64,000 bases of DNA from IMG/VR virus record IMGVR_UViG_3300029957_000007, positions 1 to 64,000 of that record; one strand, 5' to 3'. The notes beneath the pieces are model-generated. The model saw only the letters and a program-made list of their open reading frames with translations. It was not told the origin of the DNA and ran no database searches. Source of the stretch: a virus. The position numbers were made by a program, and so were the translations under genes. Positions 8,307 through 17,538 of the stretch are shown here, piece by piece (position 1 is the first letter of the stretch; each line of letters begins with the position of its first letter).

Positions 8307-9047
8307 ATGTTCTTCTACGAAGCCTTCAGCACTTTCGATGGAGCCTATCGATCTGTGTTGAGAGACATCCTAACGAAGGCAAAGTACAGTCCTTCGTCTA
8401 GAGGCCGAAAGTTCTTTGAGATCCCACAGTACACATTCGTACTGGAGAATCCAATGAACAACGAAGTCTCAGCGACACCGCGAGGCTTCAAGAGAGAATT
8501 CGCTCAGAAGTTCTTTGAGTGGATCTGGAATGGTGAGTCAGACATCACCAAGCTCTTTGGTGTGAATGACAACGCCAAGAAGTTCAGCGACGAAGATATG
8601 AAGGGACGCAACACAGCATATGGACCTCGCTTTGTCGAACAGAGAGAGCGAATCATTGCTGAGCTGAAGAGAGATCCAGACACCAGACGAGCTGTGATCA
8701 ATATCCTCTATCCAATAGACTCAGAAATGCTGGAAGACTCGTTCAATGGGCTCACAAAGGTCGAGTACCCATGCACGATCGCACTGCAGTTCATGATCAG
8801 AGACAAGCAACTCAATCTTCATGTTCTGATGCGTTCGAACAACGCAGTCACAACGCTCTGCTATGATGTGTACAACTTCACACACATCCAAATGGCAGTA
8901 CTGCAGAGACTTCAGAACGAAGGAATGGAGATCGATCTCGGACATTACTATCACTCCGCAGTTTCGATGCACATCTTCGAAGATGAGATGAGCTTAGCGA
9001 AGAAGATCTTGAACTGGTACGTTCAAAGACAAGGCATCAAAATCTGA
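8307..9047 (+). CDS. thymidylate synthase-fold enzyme, dCMP hydroxymethylase-like (Asp at the pyrimidine-specificity position)
   Basis: AYGPR, DPDTRRAV, YPCT (catalytic Cys), LQFMIR, RSNNAVTTLCYD, YYHSAVSMHIF. Confidence 0.85.
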   Translation: MFFYEAFSTFDGAYRSVLRDILTKAKYSPSSRGRKFFEIPQYTFVLENPMNNEVSATPRGFKREFAQKFFEWIWNGESDITKLFGVNDNAKKFSDEDMKGRNTAYGPRFVEQRERIIAELKRDPDTRRAVINILYPIDSEMLEDSFNGLTKVEYPCTIALQFMIRDKQLNLHVLMRSNNAVTTLCYDVYNFTHIQMAVLQRLQNEGMEIDLGHYYHSAVSMHIFEDEMSLAKKILNWYVQRQGIKI

Positions 9048-9056
9048 GGAGGAAGC

Positions 9057-10127
9057 GTGCTCAAACTAATGGTTGGCAGCAACTACGACCCAGCGTTGCC
9101 TGAGGCTTTCAGAGCTCTCAACGAGAAGTATGCTGGTAATGGCATACAGATCCATGAGATCTATGGTTCAGTGCAAAGCGTTAAGGTGTTTGGTTCAGCG
9201 CGTCCTGACTTCCGTGTTCCTAAAACGGATGTTGAGACGTTCGGCAAGACGGTGAAGCAATTTGTTGATGCAGGAATCTTGGTGAACTACACCGAGAATA
9301 TTCCGATCGTCAAGAAGAGCGACATCGACAAGGTGTTGATCAAAGAGAAACTCGACATGCTGAAGAGCTTTGGCGTTGGGCGATTAACGATCAGCCATCC
9401 TCTTGCGATGGAGTTGGTTCAAGAGCTGTGCGACATTCCGATCGAGATCAGCACCATCTATCGAGCGAATACAGCGTACCAGCTGCGTGAGTTAAAGCGA
9501 CGGGCACCCAACATTAACAAGATGTGCTTGGATGTTGCTCAGAACCGGAACTTCAAACTCATCTTCAAGCTTCTCGAGGAAGCAAAGAAGCTCGGTATCG
9601 ACATCGAACTTCTGGCCAATGAGCTTTGCATTGCTGACTGCGCTGATCGAGTGCAGTGCTACAACGATCATGCTCAAGTGGCTGATGAGAAAGAAGCAGC
9701 TCAACAGAAGAGTTATCCGATGGGACGGTGCACTTATCTTCGCAATGCGATGAGTCCAGTTGAATGGACTCGTGCTCGCTTCATCTTGCCTCAGACGATG
9801 AAGTTCTACGAGTCAGTCACTGGCATCGATCATTTCAAGATCACTGGTCGTACTCACCCAACCAAGTACATCCTTTGGATCGTTGAGGAGTACTTGAAGC
9901 AAGACTTCCACGGTAATCTGCTTGGTCTTTGGGCTGATGTGAAGAACATTCAGCGCATTGCAAGAGGAGCAGAGGACTTCTTAGAACCTAACTTCTACAT
10001 TGACTCAGAACCATATGGCAGCGAGTTCATTCGCAGATATTTGAATGACCCGATGCTCATCGACTTGGATCTTGATCATGAGTATGACATACTCAACAAG
10101 ATCTTGGAGACGTCCCTACAGAAGTAG
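9057..10127 (+). CDS. U32 peptidase-family protein (probable Fe-S hydroxylase, UbiU/V/TrhP/RlhA-like)
   Basis: IEISTI, ELLANELCIADCADRVQC, YPMGRC, FIxPQ, FKITGRT (U32 KIEGR-like). Confidence 0.75.
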   Translation: MLKLMVGSNYDPALPEAFRALNEKYAGNGIQIHEIYGSVQSVKVFGSARPDFRVPKTDVETFGKTVKQFVDAGILVNYTENIPIVKKSDIDKVLIKEKLDMLKSFGVGRLTISHPLAMELVQELCDIPIEISTIYRANTAYQLRELKRRAPNINKMCLDVAQNRNFKLIFKLLEEAKKLGIDIELLANELCIADCADRVQCYNDHAQVADEKEAAQQKSYPMGRCTYLRNAMSPVEWTRARFILPQTMKFYESVTGIDHFKITGRTHPTKYILWIVEEYLKQDFHGNLLGLWADVKNIQRIARGAEDFLEPNFYIDSEPYGSEFIRRYLNDPMLIDLDLDHEYDILNKILETSLQK

Positions 10128-10151
10128 GGCACACACTGACGGAGGTATGTA

Positions 10152-10490
10152 ATGAGCAAGAAAACCAAGAATGGCTTCAAGAAGCTTGAGAGCGGTGATC
10201 TGTCGTTCCGCTTCGAGCACTTTGAAGGTGGAGTGATCAAAGGTGGAGATGAGGTCAATGGTGACACGTTCACAGCTAGGATCTCGATGAGTGGAGCTGG
10301 TGAGGCTCCCGGTGTTTACAAGTCGGAGAAGAAAGCAAAGCAGCACATCATCGACTTCGTGAAGAAGCAGTTGAAGAGGACCTTGAAGGAATTCGAGAAG
10401 CGGTTGAAGGAAACCAAAGCTGATTTGAAGAGCGATGAGAAGGAAGTCGAGTTCCAGCAGAAGCTCCTCAAGAAACTGAAGAAGGTGTAG
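10152..10490 (+). CDS. hypothetical protein
   Basis: GGAGGT SD, 112 aa, C-terminal coiled coil. Confidence 0.75.
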   Translation: MSKKTKNGFKKLESGDLSFRFEHFEGGVIKGGDEVNGDTFTARISMSGAGEAPGVYKSEKKAKQHIIDFVKKQLKRTLKEFEKRLKETKADLKSDEKEVEFQQKLLKKLKKV

Positions 10491-10494
10491 AGAC

Positions 10495-10956
10495 ATGAAG
10501 GACAAGAATGCTCTTTGGACTGATCTGCTGCTTCGCTTTGCAGCACAATCAGAATGCAAGTCGAGGCAGATCGGAGCAATCATCCTTGTAGAAAACCGTC
10601 TGGTCTCACAAGGGTGGAACAGTCCGCCACCTCATGTGAGCACAGACGACTGTTTGCGGTGTCAGTGTAAAGACAAGCCGCATGAGTCAGGAAAGAACCT
10701 TGACAATGCGATCTGCATTCATGCAGAACAAAACGCTATCATGAATGCTGTATACAACGGCATAGCATTGAACGGCGCTGAGATGTGGTGCACCAATAAG
10801 CCTTGCGATATCTGTGCTGCAATGATCTGCCGGTCTGGGATCAAGACAGTCATATACCTCAATGACTACCCATCTCAATACGCAGACATGTTCTTTGCTA
10901 AGTCGAACATCCGGGCGTTCTCAATCGAACAATACTCCAAATGGAGCAGTCAATGA
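10495..10956 (+). CDS. dCMP deaminase (ComEB-like)
   Basis: QIGAII, GWN, HAEQNAI, PCDICA Zn-binding motifs. Confidence 0.9.
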   Translation: MKDKNALWTDLLLRFAAQSECKSRQIGAIILVENRLVSQGWNSPPPHVSTDDCLRCQCKDKPHESGKNLDNAICIHAEQNAIMNAVYNGIALNGAEMWCTNKPCDICAAMICRSGIKTVIYLNDYPSQYADMFFAKSNIRAFSIEQYSKWSSQ

Positions 10957-12248
10957 AGATCCTTTACGCAGTGCAAGTGTCCAACACAACGAAGATGCCA
11001 GACGGTTCTATGAAATGGTTGCTTCGCAATGATGCATGTGTCAACATCATGCGTGGCATCTTGATCGCTGTGTTGAAGAAGAAGCCTCAATGGCAGTTCG
11101 TCGTGAAGTTGCCAAGGTTGAAGGACATCGCAGACATGAAGTCGTATGCTGAGCTCTTCCCTGAAGAGATTCGCGACAACATCATGATCTATGAGGACGA
11201 CATCCCGATCTCACCTGTGACCAGTCGCTTCCACTTCGACTTCTTGCGTAGAAGGAAAGAGTTCCTCATCAATCCATTCCTTCATGGCATTGATGTCATG
11301 ATCAATGATGAGAACACTCACACAATGAGCTGGAAGGTCGTGTTCCACGATCTCGGCTTGAGCATTCCGATGATCAGTACCAATTACTTCTTCGACAATC
11401 CTATTGGGAAGAAGACACCGAAAGGTGTTTGGTACTTCGATCGTCAAGTGGAGAGCTTCATTCACTCTGAGATCACAGCTTTCCAATGTGAAGCTACGAA
11501 AGATGAGACGATCAGAGTCCTTGATCAGCATCTCACAAGAAAAGGCGATTACACAATGCATTGGAAGCCTTCGATCTGGGGCATTGGATGCAGCGCCACT
11601 GAAGTGCTTGACAAGAGGATCCAAGCTTTTGAATTTCATTCTCTTAGCTTGAGACCAATCATCTATTTTGGCAATCGAATCACAGAGACCGCTGGTCGAT
11701 ATACCAACTGGGATGATTTTGCTTATGGCATTGGAAAGTTGCTAGCGATCAAAGATCACACTCAATTCTCTGCTTACATGCTTGATCCAACTCGTAAAGT
11801 GACACGAGAACAACAAAACGTCATTGATGACGGTTCAGATCATCGGATCACTTTGCTTCATCTCAACAGAGAGCAGTATCTTGGTTTCATTCGCGGTCAG
11901 CACATCAGCTGCAACCTCTTCGTCAATGAGGTACATGGTGGCGTGACTCACGCAGAAGCCATGTTGGCTGGCAACTTGATCATCTGCCCTCGAGTCAACA
12001 ACTACAAGATCAAGATCGAGAAATATGCGAAGAACTATCCGCTCTTCGTGAAGCACAAAGGCTTCAAGATAGATACCACTGACCTTGCGAAGAAGATGCA
12101 TTTGGCTCTCACCATGCCGAAGGCTGAGCAATTGAAGTGGAGGAAAATGCTTGTCAAAGCTGCAATGGAGAACGAGACGTATGAGTCAGCGGCTCCACGC
12201 ATCATCGCTGATATCACAACTGCCAGCAAGATGGAGCTGATGCCATGA
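10953..12248 (+). CDS. GT-B fold glycosyltransferase (GT4-like)
   Basis: C-terminal IIYFGNR...EVHGGVTHAEAMLAGNLIICP resembles the GT4 E-x-FG-x3-EAM-x2-G-x-P motif; start at ATG 10953. Confidence 0.7.
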   Translation: MKILYAVQVSNTTKMPDGSMKWLLRNDACVNIMRGILIAVLKKKPQWQFVVKLPRLKDIADMKSYAELFPEEIRDNIMIYEDDIPISPVTSRFHFDFLRRRKEFLINPFLHGIDVMINDENTHTMSWKVVFHDLGLSIPMISTNYFFDNPIGKKTPKGVWYFDRQVESFIHSEITAFQCEATKDETIRVLDQHLTRKGDYTMHWKPSIWGIGCSATEVLDKRIQAFEFHSLSLRPIIYFGNRITETAGRYTNWDDFAYGIGKLLAIKDHTQFSAYMLDPTRKVTREQQNVIDDGSDHRITLLHLNREQYLGFIRGQHISCNLFVNEVHGGVTHAEAMLAGNLIICPRVNNYKIKIEKYAKNYPLFVKHKGFKIDTTDLAKKMHLALTMPKAEQLKWRKMLVKAAMENETYESAAPRIIADITTASKMELMP

Positions 12249-12424
12249 GCTTCACAGTGACGACGATCAAAGGAACTGACATCGTCAAAGCTGATATGGT
12301 GGATGTGAAAGATGGTATTCTTGAGTTTCAAAAAGAGACCAAGAGTAGCAGTCTTCGTTTTGGAAATTACAAAGTAGTTGCATCGTACAATATGAAGCAC
12401 GTCATCAAATGGGTGGAGAGATGA
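12245..12424 (+). CDS. small hypothetical protein (59 aa, not in ORF track)
   Basis: MSFTVTTIKGTDIVKADMVDVKDGILEF...WVER; ATGA overlaps at both ends. Confidence 0.65.
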   Translation: MSFTVTTIKGTDIVKADMVDVKDGILEFQKETKSSSLRFGNYKVVASYNMKHVIKWVER

Positions 12425-12696
12425 TAAACTCAATTCGTATTTCACTTCACAATCTTTTAGTTCGATTGGCGATGTGGATTCATCCAAGTAAACAGACGGC
12501 GCAAGAAATGATATTGGATCTTCGAAGAGAGCGATTGATCTTTGGTGAATCGTTTTATACGATCGTAAAGATCGATCCATACAAAGTGTTCATCAAAGCT
12601 TCAATCAACAATGACAAGGTACCTACTACTGCTGAGATCGCCGATATCTTTAGTGGCGCTGGGACACGACACATTTATGAGAGGGTAGAACAATGA
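12421..12696 (+). CDS. hypothetical protein
   Basis: ATG 12421 overlaps the upstream stop. Confidence 0.6.
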   Translation: MINSIRISLHNLLVRLAMWIHPSKQTAQEMILDLRRERLIFGESFYTIVKIDPYKVFIKASINNDKVPTTAEIADIFSGAGTRHIYERVEQ

Positions 12697-13265
12697 AGAT
12701 CATATTTGAAGGTGCAGACAAAACAGGCAAGACGACATTGGCCAATCTTCTCTCGAAGAAACTTGGCATGAAGATGTTCTATCCTCCGAGAGCAACTGAC
12801 AACGTGAGCTTCCCGGAAGGTGGAAAGATAGAGCACTACTTCTTAGGCATCAACAAAACAATGCTTGAGATGTTCAAGATGTTCGACAACTTCATCTGCG
12901 ATCGTTTCTTCATATCGGACGCAGTGTACTCTAAGATCTACGGAAGAACACAGAACATCAGCACGCCAATGATCACAAGCATCGAAGGCGATGTCTTAGT
13001 CGTTGTCACAACGTGCTCTTCTGCAACGAGAATGGAACGATTGATCGCAGAAAGTCCAGACGACACTGGACCAGAGTTTGATGAACATCTTCATGGTGTG
13101 ATGTTCACCGAGTACGTGAAGTTCTATGCTCCAAAGTTTCCAGCCAACTTCAGGTTCTTGATCGTTGACACTGGTCGTCACAATGAGAAGCAATGCATTG
13201 AGATGATAGAGGCAAAGATCAAGTTCATAAGGGCAATGCGCCTTAACAAGAAAAAGAAGTCGTGA
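12693..13265 (+). CDS. deoxynucleoside monophosphate kinase (thymidylate kinase-like)
   Basis: MKIIFEGADKTGKTT P-loop, ICDRF motif. Confidence 0.85.
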   Translation: MKIIFEGADKTGKTTLANLLSKKLGMKMFYPPRATDNVSFPEGGKIEHYFLGINKTMLEMFKMFDNFICDRFFISDAVYSKIYGRTQNISTPMITSIEGDVLVVVTTCSSATRMERLIAESPDDTGPEFDEHLHGVMFTEYVKFYAPKFPANFRFLIVDTGRHNEKQCIEMIEAKIKFIRAMRLNKKKKS

Positions 13266-13825
13266 ACTTAAAGCTGATCAACGCAAAAGTCGAACTGTGT
13301 AATAAATGTAAGCTGTCACCAAACAGAGGTCTTGGTTATGGTGATGGAAAATCAAAGATCATGTTCATCGCTCAAAACGCTGGATGGCAACCGAAGTCTC
13401 GCACAGCAGACATCATCCCATTCGGTTTAGATGATGGTGGCAACAACAGTGGTAGAACACTCGTCAAGTTGTTCAAAGATGTAGAGATGAATGCACCATA
13501 CTACATCACCAACGTGATGAAGTGCCCGACACCAGACAATAGGCCTCCTACAGATGATGAGATCTTTCGATGCATAGACTTTCTTCGCTTAGAACTAGAG
13601 AGTCAGAAGCCGAAGTTGATCTTCGTCATGGGCAACGTGGCTAAGCACTCCTACAACTTCTACATGAAGCGGTTGTTGAAGAAATTGTTGGATGATGGTC
13701 ACTGCTGGTTTGTGCATTACATGTGGCATCCACGAGCAGTGATGAGGAATCCAAAGCTTTACGCACAATGGAAAACTGAGTTCGATGCGTTCTGGACTCA
13801 GTACAAACATCTGGTGAAACAATGA
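13262..13825 (+). CDS. uracil-DNA glycosylase superfamily protein (family 4-like, divergent)
   Basis: CNKCKL, IMFIAQNAG, YITNVMKCPTPDNRPPTDDEIFRC, KPKLIFVMG, WHP. Confidence 0.85.
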   Translation: MNLKLINAKVELCNKCKLSPNRGLGYGDGKSKIMFIAQNAGWQPKSRTADIIPFGLDDGGNNSGRTLVKLFKDVEMNAPYYITNVMKCPTPDNRPPTDDEIFRCIDFLRLELESQKPKLIFVMGNVAKHSYNFYMKRLLKKLLDDGHCWFVHYMWHPRAVMRNPKLYAQWKTEFDAFWTQYKHLVKQ

Positions 13826-16800
13826 GCTTTGTCAACTTGCATATACACAGCGAGAACTCCTTACTCGATGGAGTTGGAACGATCAAAGAGATCGTGAAGA
13901 AAGCCAAAGAGCAAGGTTCACCTGCCATTGCTGTTACTGATCACGGTAATGTCAATGGTGCTGTGCAGCTCTATCAAGAATGCAAGGAAAACGGCATCAA
14001 ACCGATCTTTGGATCAGAGTTCTATTTCGGTTATGATGCTGAGAAGAAAGAGAAGAATACCGGCAACATGCACCTCATCGTGCTGGCTAAGAACAAGCAA
14101 GGCTTTGAGAATCTTCTGCGTCTCAACGGATGGGCCCACAAACACGGGTTCTATCGCAAGCCTCGCATAGACTTCGCTCATTTGAAAGAGTTGAAGGAAG
14201 GATTGATCGTTCTCTCTGGTTGTACTTCTGGTGTCATCGCCAAGAAGCTGATTGCCAAAGATTACGATGGAGCTTTAGAATGGGCAGAGAAATTCAAGAA
14301 GGTCTTTGGTGAAGACTACTATCTTGAGATGCAAGTGCACGACTACAAAGAACAAAGGGTCGTGAACAAAGGCATCATCAAACTCAGCGCAGAGTTGAAG
14401 ATCAAAACAGTCATCACCAATGATGCTCACTATGTCAACGAGGATGATGGTCTCCTCCAAGATGTGATGGCACTCATCAAGCAGAAGAAGACGTGGAAGG
14501 ATCGAAAGGAGGCTCTGGAAAGAATCAAACGTGGTGAGCCATCCAAAATGCCTTGGGAGCTTGGCTGCAAGCAACTGTGGATGAAGAGCGAAGACGAGAT
14601 GTTAGCGAGTTGGAAGGAATGGCATAAGGACTACATGGATCGTAAGATCTTTGAACGTTCTGTCGCTGAGACTGCGAAACTCTCGGAGAAGATAGACAAT
14701 GTCGCTATCGATTCATCTTACAAGTTTCCAAACATCGACTCTAAAAAGAGCGTTGAGGATACCTTTCAAGAAATGCTTGATGAAGGCTTTAAGAAACGAG
14801 GCTTCAAAGATTCAAGCAAAGATGAGAAAGCAAGAATCAAGTATGAACAGAAGATCCTTCAGGATTTAGGACTCCTGCCATACTTCGTGATCTTGGCCGA
14901 TGCAATCAAAGAAGCAAGGAAGCGTGGGATCATGGTTGGCATTGGTCGTGGTTCAGCCGCTGGTTCTCTCATCTGCTACTGCCTCGGCATCACAGGTGTC
15001 AATCCTCTGATCCACGGTCTGATGTTCGAAAGGTTCATCAGTCCAGCCAGAAAAGACATGCCTGATATTGACGTGGACTTCGAATCTGAACGCAAAGGCG
15101 AGATCGAAGAATACCTCATCAGCAAGTATGGTGAGGATAAGGTTGGACACGTTGCAACATATGGCATGATGCAGTTGAAGTCCTCCATCAAAGACGTTTC
15201 ACGTGTGATGGGTGGAGATCCAAAAGCTACCAACGATTTCACGGCTGTCTTCCCGAAAGACATTGACAAAGAAGTGAAGACGAAGTATCCGAAGCTTTCT
15301 GATTTTAAGGAAGCCTTCGCTGAGCACGTCGACAAGTTCTTGTCAGCACACGAGAAACATGAGAAGATCCTCAAAACAGCTTGGAAGCTCAAGGGTAGGA
15401 TTCGGCACATCAGTCAACATCCAGCTGGGATCGTCATCACTCCTAAGCCATTGGATCACTTGGTTGCGGTACAGCGACACGGTGGTAAGCTGTTGATTGG
15501 CTGGACAGAAGGTCAGAGGAAGGAACTGACTCCTTTCGGCTTTGTGAAGTATGACGTGTTGGGCATCAAAACGCTCGACATCTTGAAGAGAGCTTTGCAG
15601 CTTATCAAGAAGCGTCATGATAAAGACATCGACATTGAGACCATTCCGCTGACAGACAAGAAAGTCTACAAGAAAATGAGCAAGGGACTTTCACTCGGTT
15701 CCTTCCAGTTTGAAACTGACATCATGGCGATGATGCTCAGAGAACTTAAACCGGATTGCTTCGATGATCTTGCAGCTCTCAATGCTCTCGATCGACCTGG
15801 TCCGTTGCGAATGAAGATGGACAAGGTCTTCTATGATCTCAAGCATGGTGTTGAGAACAAGAATACGAAGAAGATGGTGAAACAGATCATGCGTAAGATG
15901 TTCCCTGAAACATACGGCGTTGTGCTGTATCAGGAACAAGTGATGATGGCTGCAATGCAGCTGTCAGGATTCTCAGTCATTGAAGCTGATGATATGAGAA
16001 GGACGATCACGAAGAATGTCGGTAAGTTCGACAAGCCAGAAGTCAAGAAACTGCTTGATGAAGTGAAGCATAAGTTCATCAGTCGTGCAACAAAGAAGAT
16101 CGGCGAGTCAGATGCTAAGTTCGTTTGGGAGATCATCTTCAAGTTCACTGAGTACGGCTTCAACAAGGCTCACTCAGTTTGCTATGCGATGATTGGCTAT
16201 CAATGCATGTATTTGAAAGTCAACTACCCAATCGAGTTCTACACAGCGATCCTTCAATGGTCCAGTGGCACTGACACTGAGGTCTACATTGAAGACGCTT
16301 TGAAGAACGGCATCAAGATCTTGCCAGTGGATATCAACAAGTCGAAGCTTCGCTTCAAGCCAGAAGGCGATGGCATCAGATATCCATTGGGTCACATCCG
16401 TGATGTGAAGAAAGCAGCCGTGAGGATCGTTGAAGAGAAATACAAAAGCTTCGACGACTTCCTCAAGAAGATAACAGGAAAGCGAGTCAACAAGAAGTCG
16501 ATCATGTCACTCATCAAGGCTGGTGCATTTGACTCGATGGATCCAAAGATCAAGCGTGACAAGCTTGCCTATCTCTACACTAAGATGAAAGCCAAACCAA
16601 AAGAGAGAGAGGCTATTGAACGAGAGAGGTGGGATGTTTCAAAGCTCCTGAAGATGGAGAAAGAAGCTTATGGCTTTGAATTCTCTGTCCATCTGTTCGA
16701 TGATATGCTCGTCAAGCTTGGAAAAGATCACGGCCTAGAACATTTAGAAAAGGTTTTCGAGAATGACGCCGGTTACCAAGCTCACGTTGGTGGTATCATT

Positions 16801-17037
16801 CGTTCAGTGAGAGAACATCGAGCCAGAAATGGTGTGATGGCCTTCGTTGACTTTCAATTCGGAAAGAAGAAGGCTTCACTTACGATCTTTGGTGATCGAT
16901 GGCAGACGTACAAACACTTCGTCAAGCCAGGTGCATTGTTCTATGGAGATCTCACAGTTTCAGAATATCGTGAGAAGAAGAACTTCGTGCTTTCTGGGCG
17001 TGGTGGAGCAGATAACTACATGAAAGTTGTAGATTGA
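13822..17037 (+). CDS. dnaE: DNA polymerase III alpha subunit (PolC/DnaE family C)
   Basis: PHP LHIHSENSLLDG/TDHG/TNDAH, GRGSAAGS, PDIDVD, HPAG, KYDVLG, YQEQVM, YGFNKAHS. Confidence 0.97.
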   Translation: MSFVNLHIHSENSLLDGVGTIKEIVKKAKEQGSPAIAVTDHGNVNGAVQLYQECKENGIKPIFGSEFYFGYDAEKKEKNTGNMHLIVLAKNKQGFENLLRLNGWAHKHGFYRKPRIDFAHLKELKEGLIVLSGCTSGVIAKKLIAKDYDGALEWAEKFKKVFGEDYYLEMQVHDYKEQRVVNKGIIKLSAELKIKTVITNDAHYVNEDDGLLQDVMALIKQKKTWKDRKEALERIKRGEPSKMPWELGCKQLWMKSEDEMLASWKEWHKDYMDRKIFERSVAETAKLSEKIDNVAIDSSYKFPNIDSKKSVEDTFQEMLDEGFKKRGFKDSSKDEKARIKYEQKILQDLGLLPYFVILADAIKEARKRGIMVGIGRGSAAGSLICYCLGITGVNPLIHGLMFERFISPARKDMPDIDVDFESERKGEIEEYLISKYGEDKVGHVATYGMMQLKSSIKDVSRVMGGDPKATNDFTAVFPKDIDKEVKTKYPKLSDFKEAFAEHVDKFLSAHEKHEKILKTAWKLKGRIRHISQHPAGIVITPKPLDHLVAVQRHGGKLLIGWTEGQRKELTPFGFVKYDVLGIKTLDILKRALQLIKKRHDKDIDIETIPLTDKKVYKKMSKGLSLGSFQFETDIMAMMLRELKPDCFDDLAALNALDRPGPLRMKMDKVFYDLKHGVENKNTKKMVKQIMRKMFPETYGVVLYQEQVMMAAMQLSGFSVIEADDMRRTITKNVGKFDKPEVKKLLDEVKHKFISRATKKIGESDAKFVWEIIFKFTEYGFNKAHSVCYAMIGYQCMYLKVNYPIEFYTAILQWSSGTDTEVYIEDALKNGIKILPVDINKSKLRFKPEGDGIRYPLGHIRDVKKAAVRIVEEKYKSFDDFLKKITGKRVNKKSIMSLIKAGAFDSMDPKIKRDKLAYLYTKMKAKPKEREAIERERWDVSKLLKMEKEAYGFEFSVHLFDDMLVKLGKDHGLEHLEKVFENDAGYQAHVGGIIRSVREHRARNGVMAFVDFQFGKKKASLTIFGDRWQTYKHFVKPGALFYGDLTVSEYREKKNFVLSGRGGADNYMKVVD

Positions 17038-17058
17038 GATCTAACTCATGGAGGTGGA

Positions 17059-17538
17059 ATGCTAAAGCCAGTGTTCGATATGACCGTGATCAAAAAGCTC
17101 TTGAGAGTCGTGGTGTTCAACATGCCTTTCAAGAACAAGTTCGTTCACGTGATCGTTGGTGACGCTGAGTCTGGTTTTACACCGGACACAAGTGACATCA
17201 CAAACGCTCTTCACGAGATGGCGACAAAGGATCAGAAGAACTTCGGTGACACAGTCTTCCTCACTACAAACGCTGGTATCAAGTTCAGACCAATGAGGAT
17301 CGAGAGCTTGAAGAAGAAGATCACCTTCGTGATCGTTGGTGATGAGAACACAAAGTATGACGATGTGGAGTTCAAGAAGATCGAGTTAGAAGTGAAAGCC
17401 GCTTTTGAATCTGCGAAGCTCAGCACGACAAGGGTCGTTGTGTTGAGGTATCCAGTGCAGATGGTAAGCGGTGACGATGTCGAGGAGGCTCCACATGTCG
17501 AAGTTCGGAAACCAGGAGTTGATACAAAAGCTTCGTGA
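17059..17538 (+). CDS. hypothetical protein
   Basis: GGAGGT SD, 159 aa. Confidence 0.75.
   Translation: MLKPVFDMTVIKKLLRVVVFNMPFKNKFVHVIVGDAESGFTPDTSDITNALHEMATKDQKNFGDTVFLTTNAGIKFRPMRIESLKKKITFVIVGDENTKYDDVEFKKIELEVKAAFESAKLSTTRVVVLRYPVQMVSGDDVEEAPHVEVRKPGVDTKAS

Noticed and set aside
8307-9047. Ordinary thyA call
   Set aside because: Asp at the N177 position and missing D169/E58 equivalents argue against a canonical dUMP methylase
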